A DNA stretch of 64,000 nt from Candidatus Bruticola sp. (GTDB lineage: Bacteria; Vulcanimicrobiota; Xenobia; Xenobiales; Xenobiaceae), in the NCBI GenBank assembly GCA_051874695.1, contig JBJEGC010000012.1, positions 328 to 64,327 on the forward strand. The letters run 5' to 3'. Positions 18,146-27,035 of the stretch are shown here, in pieces. Positions within the stretch are counted from its first letter, which is position 1, and every line of letters starts with the position of its first letter. The notes beneath the pieces were generated by a model. The model saw only the letters and a program-made list of their open reading frames with translations, ran no database searches and was not told the origin of the DNA. The position numbers and the translations under genes are program-made.

Positions 18146-20224
18146 ATGGATGATAAACAACCCAGGGTGCGTCTTTTAGAAAAAAGCGTTTATGAGCGCA
18201 TTGCCGCCGGAGAGGTTGTTGATCGTCCGGTTTCAGTTATTAAAGAGCTGGTAGAAAATGCTCTGGACGCTTCTTCAAGCAGAATCAATGTTAGCATAAG
18301 GGGCGGCGGTCGTGAGTTTATGCAGGTTGTCGACGACGGATGTGGCATGAGTCCTGAGGACGCCCGTTTATCTGTGCAACGTTTTGCTACTTCTAAACTT
18401 AAAGATTGGGAAGACCTGGATAATCTGTATACTTTAGGCTTTCGGGGCGAGGCTCTACCCAGCATTGCGGCTGTATCGCGTTTGGAAATACGCACTTGTC
18501 AATCTGGCGATTTGGAAGGCACTCTTTTAACTATGGAGGGTGCCTCCGACCCTAAAATTAGTGTATGCGCCGCCGTACCCGGAACTCGTATCACTGTGCG
18601 CGATCTCTTTTTTAATACTCCGGCCAGGTTGAAGTTTTTACGGTCAGCCAGCGCTGAAAGTTCTCAAATTACCGATCTTTTAGGACGTTTATCCGCTGCC
18701 TGGCCCGAAGTCGCTTTTTCGCTTACTTCTAATGGAAAGGAAGTTTTTTCCTTCTCTTCTGATATGAGCAGCGACAAGCGATTGGCCAAGCTATGGAAGT
18801 TGGATAAGAAAGATTTTATACCTGTATTTGCTAACGGTGAAGGTATAAGTTTAGACGGTTTTGTAGCTAAGCCCGAAACTGCCAGAAGCAATCGCACTTG
18901 TCAGCTTTTTGTCATGAACGGTCGAATTATACGCTCTCAGAACTTGTCTCAAGCTTTGGCGGAGGGTTTTGGTCCTCTTATTGAAAAGGGCAAATTCCCA
19001 GTGGGTATGATGCGCTTGAGTGTCGATCCAGCTTTTGTAGACGTAAATGTTCATCCTGCCAAGTTGGAAGTGCGCTTTGCTGACCCCCGCCCCGTCTTTT
19101 CACTTATTTACAGAGCTGTTAGCCAAGCTTTGGAAACTTACAAAGCGGATAGTGTGCTGCCCAAACACTTCGATTTTTTAAATCGCCAAATAAAGGCGCA
19201 AAACGGCCCTATTATAAGCGAGTTTTCTTCTCCTTCCGTTAAAGCTGGAGAAGAAGATAACGTATCAGTTGTTTCTAAACAGACAGTCAGTTGTAATGTG
19301 CCGCTTGAGTCTGCCAGTAAAGTTGATCCGCCTCGTGCAGGTGGAGCCCCATCCAATACAACTTTTTCTACTGGTCTTATGAATCGTACCGTAGGTAAAC
19401 GCTTGGCCGACATGCGCCTGTCATCTGCCGAATCTGGAGCTGCTTTAGAGCTTTATGCTCCCTATAAAACAACTGAAATTAAGAACGATATTGTAGTTGG
19501 TGAAAATACATCCTCGGAACTGGTTGAATCAAGTCCGGGGGCAGAGGCAGATAGTTTATCTGCTGCTCAAATTGACAGCAACTGTGACGAGAGCTCCAAC
19601 CAAAATATGCAAGCAGAATTTTGGCAAGGAGCCAAGAGTGTTGGCCATTTTAAAGTTTTAGGCCAAGTTTATAAGACTTTCATAGTGGGAGTATACGAAG
19701 ACAAACTGTGGTTGGTAGATCAGCATACGGCTCAAGAACGCATAAATTATGAAAGTTTTGCTCATATGAGAGTTTTGAGTGAGCGGTCTCAAGGATTGCT
19801 AATTCCGGAAGTAGTTGAGTTCACTCCCGATATCAGTCAATTTCTGCAAGACAGTTTAGATAATTTTCGCGAGTATGGTTACGAGGTAGAAAATTTCGGC
19901 CATAACAGTTTCGCTTTACGCGGAGTACCCGCTTCTTTGCCCGCTCGTCAGGCTGCGGCAACCTTCTCCGAATTGGTTGAAGAGCTGGCCCATGAATTTG
20001 TATCCGTGCGTGGCGGTACTGCAGAGCTGATGAGAGAAAAAATTAGAGCTATGGCCAGTTGTAAAGCAGCTGTTAAAGCTGGTGATGTTCTTAGTTTGGA
20101 GGCTATGGAAGGGTTGGTGAACAATATGCTTAAAGTCGAGCATTCTCTGTACTGCCCTCACGGTCGTCCGACCAGAATTATTTTAGAAGAAAAGGTGCTG
20201 GAACGGTTGTTCCATCGTATTTAG
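18146..20224 (+). CDS. mutL: DNA mismatch repair protein MutL (with endonuclease motif)
   Basis: GHKL ATPase motifs: ERIAAGEVVDRP, ELVENALDA, VDDGCGM and GFRGEAL. C-terminal DQHTAQERINYE endonuclease motif. Confidence 0.9.
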   Translation: MDDKQPRVRLLEKSVYERIAAGEVVDRPVSVIKELVENALDASSSRINVSIRGGGREFMQVVDDGCGMSPEDARLSVQRFATSKLKDWEDLDNLYTLGFRGEALPSIAAVSRLEIRTCQSGDLEGTLLTMEGASDPKISVCAAVPGTRITVRDLFFNTPARLKFLRSASAESSQITDLLGRLSAAWPEVAFSLTSNGKEVFSFSSDMSSDKRLAKLWKLDKKDFIPVFANGEGISLDGFVAKPETARSNRTCQLFVMNGRIIRSQNLSQALAEGFGPLIEKGKFPVGMMRLSVDPAFVDVNVHPAKLEVRFADPRPVFSLIYRAVSQALETYKADSVLPKHFDFLNRQIKAQNGPIISEFSSPSVKAGEEDNVSVVSKQTVSCNVPLESASKVDPPRAGGAPSNTTFSTGLMNRTVGKRLADMRLSSAESGAALELYAPYKTTEIKNDIVVGENTSSELVESSPGAEADSLSAAQIDSNCDESSNQNMQAEFWQGAKSVGHFKVLGQVYKTFIVGVYEDKLWLVDQHTAQERINYESFAHMRVLSERSQGLLIPEVVEFTPDISQFLQDSLDNFREYGYEVENFGHNSFALRGVPASLPARQAAATFSELVEELAHEFVSVRGGTAELMREKIRAMASCKAAVKAGDVLSLEAMEGLVNNMLKVEHSLYCPHGRPTRIILEEKVLERLFHRI

Positions 20225-20227
20225 ACT

Positions 20228-21244
20228 ATGAGCAAGCGCCGTCATTTTGATGATTACAGTTTTAAGGCAGCGGAGTCTTGGCGCCACCGAAAGGAAGAAG
20301 GCCATAAACACAACGTTCAGCTAGAGGCTTATCGTCATAAAAATCCTAGTGCGGAAGCTCAGCAATGGTGGGACGGTTCGCTGCTATACTCCGATTTGCC
20401 GAACCGTTTTTCTCTTAAAACAAATGCTGATTCGTTAAAAAAAGGACAGTCACCAACTCAGTGCGGCCTTGGAGGGAATGCAGAATCCGGTTCCAATAGT
20501 TGGAAATGCTTAGATCGGGCTGTTACACCTGAAGGTACGGTTATGGAGTTGATGTGCTATGGTGAAGAACTAGCTATTTTTATAGACGGCATAGAATTGA
20601 TGGCCAGTGGACAGCACGGCTCTGAAGAGCTCATGGCTTACTTGTGTGCCTTGTTGCATAACGATTGGCATAATATGAGCAACGGTAAGCTTGATCGATT
20701 GGTTGAACAGGCCTTTTCGGAAAGCTGGCAAGAGGATAAATTAGAGACTAACGATGCCTCATTAAAGGTTTTAATTGGAGGGTTGGGACTTGGTTATACT
20801 TTGAAAGCTGCTCTGAAGGCCTTCCCTAAGTCAAATCGTATTACTGCTGCCGAACTGATGAATTGTGTGGCTGAGTGGAATAGAGGGGTTTTGGGAAAAC
20901 TGGCCGGTTTTCCCTTGCGCGATTCTAGGGCAGACCTGTTTATCGGTGATGTAAGAGAGGCGATATGTTCCCAAAATTGGGACATAATTATGCTCGACGT
21001 AGATAATGGCCCAGAGCCGATTACACAGATGGCTAATCACACTCTGTATAGCGAAACCGGACTGAAAGAAATAGGTGAACACCTTGATACTGGAGGTATT
21101 CTTGCCGTTTGGTCAGTCAACCACGATCGCAACTTTATAGGACGTCTTCAGCACTTAGGATTTACTTGCCGGGCAGTTACGGTGCCTTCTGTATTGGGCA
21201 CGTCTAATTGCGATCGTCACACAATATTTTTAGCTTATCAATAA
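20228..21244 (+). CDS. spermidine synthase-like (PABS-fold) methyltransferase-family protein
   Basis: VLIGGLGLGYTL (glycine-rich loop) and DIIMLDVDNGPEP resemble polyamine aminopropyltransferase motifs. 3-nt gap after mutL suggests co-transcription. Confidence 0.5.
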   Translation: MSKRRHFDDYSFKAAESWRHRKEEGHKHNVQLEAYRHKNPSAEAQQWWDGSLLYSDLPNRFSLKTNADSLKKGQSPTQCGLGGNAESGSNSWKCLDRAVTPEGTVMELMCYGEELAIFIDGIELMASGQHGSEELMAYLCALLHNDWHNMSNGKLDRLVEQAFSESWQEDKLETNDASLKVLIGGLGLGYTLKAALKAFPKSNRITAAELMNCVAEWNRGVLGKLAGFPLRDSRADLFIGDVREAICSQNWDIIMLDVDNGPEPITQMANHTLYSETGLKEIGEHLDTGGILAVWSVNHDRNFIGRLQHLGFTCRAVTVPSVLGTSNCDRHTIFLAYQ

Positions 21245-21281
21245 GTTCGGAATTAGTTTTTATACTACTAAGTGCAATAAT

Positions 21282-21316
21282 CCGGGGCCGATAAATTATC
21301 GGCCCCGGATTATTTT
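21282..21316. terminator. rho-independent terminator between convergent genes
   Basis: Perfect hairpin CCGGGGCCGAT-aaatt-ATCGGCCCCGG, followed by ATTATTTT. Confidence 0.65.
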
Positions 21317-21347
21317 AGTGATACATAATTTAAGAAGAAGCAACAAA

Positions 21348-22616
21348 TTAATTTATAACTTGATGAAGCTCTTTGCGGTTCATGCAGTTCAAGTAAATTT
21401 CTTCCAGTACGTACTTGACTTCGTTATCGTTGCGCTTTTCCAGGCCTTTGGTTACTATAAGAAATCTGGCTGAGAAACTGCCGGGTATCTCTTCAAACGG
21501 CATATGCAGCAGATTCAGCATATGCCCCAACACTACCCTGGCAGCACGGCTGTTGCCGTCTTGGAAAGGATGAATGTGGACAAATTCGTTATAAGTGTAA
21601 GCGCATAAATCGAGAGCTTCCTCAAAAGTAGAAGGAGAAGCCTGATCCAAATAATCGACTAGCTGTTGTAAGCGCTGAGGGATTTCGTTGATGGGAGCTG
21701 GTTTAAAATTAGGATTATTGGCTATCATAACCTCATGATCACGATAGATTCCGCCAAAATCGGTATTAGCCATGGCTAAGTGATGGTATTCACGCAGTAT
21801 ATCTACAGTTAACTTGCGCCCTTCTCTGCTATACTCATGCATTTTATCCCAAGAACGTTCGTAGCAGGCCTTAGAGGCAGGATCGAACATTTCTGAATCT
21901 TCTTTTTCTACACTTTCGCGGATCTCTTCTCCGAGAGTAGGAAGTCCCCAGTTTCGACCTGCCAAATTTTTATTGTGGAACAGCTCCATAGCTGCTTTCA
22001 ATTGAGGATCGTCGGCATTTTGAAAGCTCTCCACTCGCCCTTCTAGGAACTGCTCCAGAGGCACCCGACGCCTAAAGAAAAATGACTTAATGCGCTTTAT
22101 TTTGAGATAATCGCACAGACCATCCAAAAACATATTTTCGACCATTCGGCCGGTAAAAGGCTCATAACTGTAAATAAGCAGCAAAGCGTTGTCGACCAAA
22201 CGGCAAAGAAGCTCCGGATCCATGAGCTCGGGAGGTACATCTCTGTTGTTGAAATAGTCGCTGCGATAAGCCTTCTTCAAAAAGGCAATCATTTTCTCTG
22301 AAAAATAAACATTGTAGTCGCAGTTTGAAGCCAGAGCAAAGGATAAAGTTTGGCGCAGATTCTTAGCTACTTGAGACTTATTATTCAGAATATAGTGATC
22401 ACGGCTGTCGCATACGATTAACCCTTCATCTTCAAGGGCTCCCAGAGGAACTATGAGTGAACGTTCGCGATCTACATGAAGTATGTGAGCCAGTCTCGTT
22501 AACGCAATGCCTTCAGGGCGGCCGGCCACGCAGGCAAAAAGATCCCAGCGGGTAATGTCTTGGGAACTTAGATGAAGTCTGTTATTAGGAGCAATAGCCA
22601 TAGATCTCGTATCCAA
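21348..22616 (-). CDS. Fic/Doc-family protein (Fido domain) with N-terminal winged-helix-like region
   Basis: The motif HPFQDGNSRAAR matches the Fic core HxFx(D/E)GN(G)RxxR, with Ser replacing the second Gly. Confidence 0.8.
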   Translation of the reverse strand: MDTRSMAIAPNNRLHLSSQDITRWDLFACVAGRPEGIALTRLAHILHVDRERSLIVPLGALEDEGLIVCDSRDHYILNNKSQVAKNLRQTLSFALASNCDYNVYFSEKMIAFLKKAYRSDYFNNRDVPPELMDPELLCRLVDNALLLIYSYEPFTGRMVENMFLDGLCDYLKIKRIKSFFFRRRVPLEQFLEGRVESFQNADDPQLKAAMELFHNKNLAGRNWGLPTLGEEIRESVEKEDSEMFDPASKACYERSWDKMHEYSREGRKLTVDILREYHHLAMANTDFGGIYRDHEVMIANNPNFKPAPINEIPQRLQQLVDYLDQASPSTFEEALDLCAYTYNEFVHIHPFQDGNSRAARVVLGHMLNLLHMPFEEIPGSFSARFLIVTKGLEKRNDNEVKYVLEEIYLNCMNRKELHQVIN

Positions 22617-22883
22617 TTCTAAAAATTGGCTTACTGTTTTCTATAGCTTATCGGCAGATCCTAGCTGCATAGTTAATTTATCCATTTTCTGTAGTATTTT
22701 AGAATGGCTAATCTGCACAAGAAACAGAGAATATCGGGTACTTTTGGGGGAATGTGAATTTTATGCATCTTTTATTGGGAGCTTATCTTAATTTTAATTT
22801 TACATTGAAGCTTATAAACTAATTAAGCAAAATTTTGTTTTGCTTGAAGGAGTAGGCGTTTTTTAATTGAAAGCGCAGCAATC

Positions 22884-23291
22884 ATGTTTTCAGAAGTTGT
22901 TTCTTATCAGGCCTCTGCCCAGGGGCTCTATAACATCACCCAGCAGATTAACGATGTTGTCAAGCACAGCAATATCGAAAATGGTATGTGCAACCTGTTT
23001 GTCTTACATACCTCCTGCAGTTTGTGCATTCAAGAAAATCATGACCCCAACGCCCGTCATGATCTCGAAGAATGGATGATGCGTTCTGTTCCCTTCGCCG
23101 ACTGGTTTAAACACGTCGAAGAGGGGGAAGATGATATGCCTTCTCACATTAAGTCCGCTATAACCAATGTTTGTCTGACTATTCCCGTCATCGACGGCAA
23201 GTTGGCCATGGGACAGTGGCAGGGAATCTATCTCTGGGAGCATCGCAATAATCCTAACGCTCGTAAAATCCGCGTTTCTGTTTGGGCATAG
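22884..23291 (+). CDS. YjbQ/UPF0047 family protein
   Basis: HTSCSLCIQENHDPNARHDLEEW...EGEDDMPSHIKSAI...QWQGIYLWEHR matches the UPF0047 signature pattern. Confidence 0.75.
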   Translation: MFSEVVSYQASAQGLYNITQQINDVVKHSNIENGMCNLFVLHTSCSLCIQENHDPNARHDLEEWMMRSVPFADWFKHVEEGEDDMPSHIKSAITNVCLTIPVIDGKLAMGQWQGIYLWEHRNNPNARKIRVSVWA

Positions 23292-23324
23292 AATGTAGTC
23301 TGCTTTAGTAAGGCGCATTTTCTT

Positions 23325-24032
23325 ATGACCGCAGAACGTTTACAGAAGATTATGGCCGATGGCGGGGTCGGATCTCGCAGATATTGCGAGTCTCTTATTT
23401 CCGGAGGCCAAGTCAAAGTAAATGGTCAGACTGCTTATTTAGGCAGTAAGGCTGATCTTGATTGCGATGATATTGAAATCGTTGGCTGGGGAAAATTAAA
23501 CAAAGTTGATTCCAAGAGGATTTATATAGTCCTCAATAAGCCTCGCGGTTTCGTTTCAACCGTCAAAGATCAGGCTGGCCGTCCCACTGTCATGGAGTTT
23601 GTACGCGACATTCCCGTCCGCATCTATCCCGTTGGCAGACTGGATCGGGACACTGAGGGACTGCTCGTTTTTACCAATGACGGTGCTCTGACCAATAAAC
23701 TGCTTCATCCCAGCAGTCTTGTCGACAAAGTGTATATCGCTTGTGTCGATATCCTTCCCGGTGAGCGTGAAATACGTTTCTTGGAAGAGGGGATCTGCCT
23801 CGATGACGGGTGGACAGCTCCTGCTAAAGTGAAAATTTTGGCAGAAGACAAAGTTCAGCTTACGATTCATGAAGGGCGTAAGCGTCAGGTTCGTCGTATG
23901 CTCGCAGCTGTTGGTTGCAGAGTTAAGAAGCTGGAAAGAGTCAAGTTAGGCCCAATCTGTCTGGGTAATTTACCTCGTGGCAGATACCGCCGTTTGAGTG
24001 ACAGCGAGGTCAGGGCTCTTAAGGAACTTTAA
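23325..24032 (+). CDS. RNA pseudouridine synthase, RsuA/RluB family (S4 domain plus catalytic domain)
   Basis: S4-like N-terminus (RLQKIMADGGVGSRRYCESLISGGQVKVNG) and catalytic motif GRLDRDTEGLLVFTNDG. Confidence 0.8.
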   Translation: MTAERLQKIMADGGVGSRRYCESLISGGQVKVNGQTAYLGSKADLDCDDIEIVGWGKLNKVDSKRIYIVLNKPRGFVSTVKDQAGRPTVMEFVRDIPVRIYPVGRLDRDTEGLLVFTNDGALTNKLLHPSSLVDKVYIACVDILPGEREIRFLEEGICLDDGWTAPAKVKILAEDKVQLTIHEGRKRQVRRMLAAVGCRVKKLERVKLGPICLGNLPRGRYRRLSDSEVRALKEL

Positions 24033-24048
24033 ACAAGTTCACAACATG

Positions 24049-24085
24049 AAAAAAGCTCCCTTCCTTCAGGGGAGCTTTTTTCATG
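24049..24085 (+). terminator. rho-independent terminator
   Basis: AAAAAAGCTCCCCT-gaaggaagg-... hairpin (AGCTCCC/GGGAGCT), followed by TTTTTT. Confidence 0.65.
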
Positions 24086-24186
24086 TTGTTATCGGCTTCA
24101 AATAAGCTGCAAATGTCAATCCGTAAAACGGCACATGCTTGGGAATTCTGTAGCTCGGAAAGCTGCAGTTAGGGGGCAGTGTGTGG

Positions 24187-24771
24187 CTATAAGAAAATGT
24201 CTTGTTTTTTAGCTAAGCGGCGTACTGTCTTTATGTCAGTACATAATTTGTCGTATTTAGGGAAGAAGAAGCGTTCAATTACAAAGCTATTTTGCCCGTC
24301 GCTTACAGTAGTGTGGTCAAAGATGCTCTTTGTGGGCTTTATTTCTGTGGCTGTCTGAAAATTTTTCCAGGCCATGTTGATAATCTTTTTGCGGCTGTCG
24401 TCGTAAATAAGATGTGTAGGGGTAAGAATAATGGTCCTATCGCGGAAAATCGAGTAGGCCATAATGAGCATTACTATGCAAGCTACAGCCAGCAGAATAG
24501 GGATGGAACCTATGATAATTGCTTCTGCGTCGAGACTGTCGCCTCGTCCACTCATCATAGAAATTCCTGTTTTTACTAGTGCTCCCGATAATAACAGAAG
24601 CAGCAAGGAGGCTATGTAGAAGTTTCTCATGGAAGACTGGTAAACAATTCTCTTATCGAGAACATCTGACTTCTTGTCTTCCGCAGTTTGGCCGTTGGTA
24701 GCGCTCGCTTCCTCGGTGGAGGCGTCGCTAGGGATACTACTTTCTTCTTTTATATTATCTGCTTCACTCAC
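24187..24771 (-). CDS. hypothetical membrane protein (two TM helices, bacterial PH-like topology)
   Basis: Acidic N-terminus, then two hydrophobic helices (FYIASLLLLLLSGALV and IIIGSIPILLAVACIVMLIMAY). Confidence 0.45.
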   Translation of the reverse strand: MSEADNIKEESSIPSDASTEEASATNGQTAEDKKSDVLDKRIVYQSSMRNFYIASLLLLLLSGALVKTGISMMSGRGDSLDAEAIIIGSIPILLAVACIVMLIMAYSIFRDRTIILTPTHLIYDDSRKKIINMAWKNFQTATEIKPTKSIFDHTTVSDGQNSFVIERFFFPKYDKLCTDIKTVRRLAKKQDIFL

Positions 24772-24875
24772 GTGGAGAAAGTTATCTAAAAAGGACTTTA
24801 GTTCCTGTTTGTTTTATACCAAAAAAGTGCGTATATTTCGCATTATTTTTGCATATTGGCTATTTGTACCTAAAT

Positions 24876-26618
24876 ATGAAAATTCCTGAAGAAACAATTA
24901 GTGAAATAAGTAATCGTATCGATATTTCAACTGTTATTGGTAGATATTTGCAGTTGAGAAGATCTGGCGGCAAATACTTGGGGCTATGTCCATTTCACAA
25001 TGAGAAGACACCATCTTTCAGTGTCGATCCTGATCGCGGCTTTTGGTACTGCTTTGGCTGCCGTCAGGGAGGGAATGTATTTCAATTTCTTATGAAGATA
25101 GAGGGCATGGGGTTTCCGGAAGCTGTTAAGAAATTGGCTGCTGAAGCTGGGGTGGAAATTAAATTGCAGTCTGATGAAAGTGCCGGGGATACCTCACGCC
25201 AGCGCAGTCTTCAGCTGTTGGAGCGAATTACTGGTTACTATAGCCGCATACTTTTTGAAACTGAAGAGGGACGGCCGGGGCGAGAGTATCTGAAAAAGAG
25301 GCGCATATCTAAAAGTGTAGCTCAAAAATTTCGTTTAGGGTTTGCTCCCGGAAATTCAGCCCGTCTCCTGCAAGCCGTGCGTCGTTCGGGGTTCAATGAA
25401 GAAGATTTGCTGCGCAGCGGTGTGTTCGTTAAAAAAGAACGCGGACTGCGAGAACTGTTGAACGGTCGTTTAATATTCCCTATTGCCGATTTTCAGGGTC
25501 GCATTATAGCTATGGGAGGACGCATTCTAGGGGATGGCTTGCCAAAATATATAAATTCTCCTGAGACAGAGTTGTACTCTAAGCGCTTCCATCTCTACGG
25601 ATTAAATGTCGCTCGGGGAGCTATCTCCCGAGAAAACAGAGCTATCTTGACGGAAGGTTATCTCGATGTCATTTCTATGCACCAGATCGGCATAGATTGT
25701 TGTATCGCTTCTTTGGGAACGGCTCTGACCGCGGACCAGGCAAAGTTGCTAAAGCGCTACACCAAGCAGGTGGTGTTAGCGTACGATGGAGACACGGCTG
25801 GGGCTAAGGCTATCATTAGCGGCAGCGCCATTTTAGAGGAAGCGGGTCTTCAAGTTATGACTGTGTCTTGGCCGGATGGAGAAGATCCCGATTCTATGTC
25901 TGCTAAGGGGCGTCAGGCAGTCGACGAAATATTAAACGAAAAAGTGGGCATAGTTAAATTTAAAATTGATCGACTGTTGAAAACGTTAGATACGACAACT
26001 CCGGAAGGCAAAGAAGATTTAGTTAAGAACGTTCTGCCTTTCATTATGCGCATTCAAGATCCGGTTCGGCGCAATGCTTATGTGAGTGAATTGGCCTATT
26101 ACAGCGGATTTTCGGAGAATAAGCTGCTGATCTATCTCAATCGCAGCCGCCGTGCCCTTCCTCGCGCACCTGAATATAAAGCTAAGGAGCGCGTTTTAAC
26201 TTCCGCAGAAAAATTGTTCAGTTTATGTACTTCTCATCCGGAGTGGATAAAGGAAGCCAAAGCTTTGGTTGAGCCTGACTACGTGGAAAATGACGGGTTG
26301 CGTCTGCTCTTTGCTAAATTGTGGCATATGGAAGAGCGCACAAAACCGATCACAGTTAATGAGCTGCTTGATGAGGAATGCGATCAGACTGAAGCGGAAA
26401 GATTAAGTGAGCTTATGGCTTATGATCGCTTGAGCAGTGATACTGACGATATACGCAAACTGGCCACCGATATAAGAAATGAGCATTTGAAAAAACGCTT
26501 GGAAAGTTTGAAATGCCAAGTATTAAAAAAGTTAGAGTCGGGAACTCTATCTAATGACGATCCGCTTTACGTGGAATATATTGGCATGCAAAAAAAGCTG
26601 AGAACCGGGGGGCTGTAA
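24876..26618 (+). CDS. dnaG: DNA primase
   Basis: CHC2 zinc finger CPFHNEKTPSFSVDPDRGFWYCFGC. TOPRIM motifs EGYLDVIS and YDGDTAG. The start is set at MKIPEE; the track ORF begins 9 codons earlier. Confidence 0.9.
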   Translation: MKIPEETISEISNRIDISTVIGRYLQLRRSGGKYLGLCPFHNEKTPSFSVDPDRGFWYCFGCRQGGNVFQFLMKIEGMGFPEAVKKLAAEAGVEIKLQSDESAGDTSRQRSLQLLERITGYYSRILFETEEGRPGREYLKKRRISKSVAQKFRLGFAPGNSARLLQAVRRSGFNEEDLLRSGVFVKKERGLRELLNGRLIFPIADFQGRIIAMGGRILGDGLPKYINSPETELYSKRFHLYGLNVARGAISRENRAILTEGYLDVISMHQIGIDCCIASLGTALTADQAKLLKRYTKQVVLAYDGDTAGAKAIISGSAILEEAGLQVMTVSWPDGEDPDSMSAKGRQAVDEILNEKVGIVKFKIDRLLKTLDTTTPEGKEDLVKNVLPFIMRIQDPVRRNAYVSELAYYSGFSENKLLIYLNRSRRALPRAPEYKAKERVLTSAEKLFSLCTSHPEWIKEAKALVEPDYVENDGLRLLFAKLWHMEERTKPITVNELLDEECDQTEAERLSELMAYDRLSSDTDDIRKLATDIRNEHLKKRLESLKCQVLKKLESGTLSNDDPLYVEYIGMQKKLRTGGL

Positions 26619-27035
26619 GAGGACAGACAGGAGAGCTCCTGCAAAAGAAGGAGAAAACATTTTTCTTGCGTATTGTCCAAAGCTATCTTCTGCGTGAAGG
26701 AAGAAGCTGGAGCGGCTCAGTCGCACCAGGCTGCTGTCTGCTCTGGCAGCGGTAAGGCCTACTTCTCTCGACGCAGGCGGTCTGCAAGCTTAATTATATA
26801 TACGTTTATAGGCGGGATGTAAAGGGGCTTTTCGGCTTTTTTTGCTTAGCTTGAATCTTTGTACTTTCCGTTGATTGATCGGCTCCAGCCGAGGTCTTTT
26901 TGCAGCTTCGGGCACAAGATTTTACTCTCATAAACAACAAGAGAGAGTCACATTCAAATACAGCATGTTTAAGCTGCTTGTACCAGTGGCATACTACTAT
27001 AGATTTTTGTTTCTTTTAGCAGCGTAAGGTAAAGG

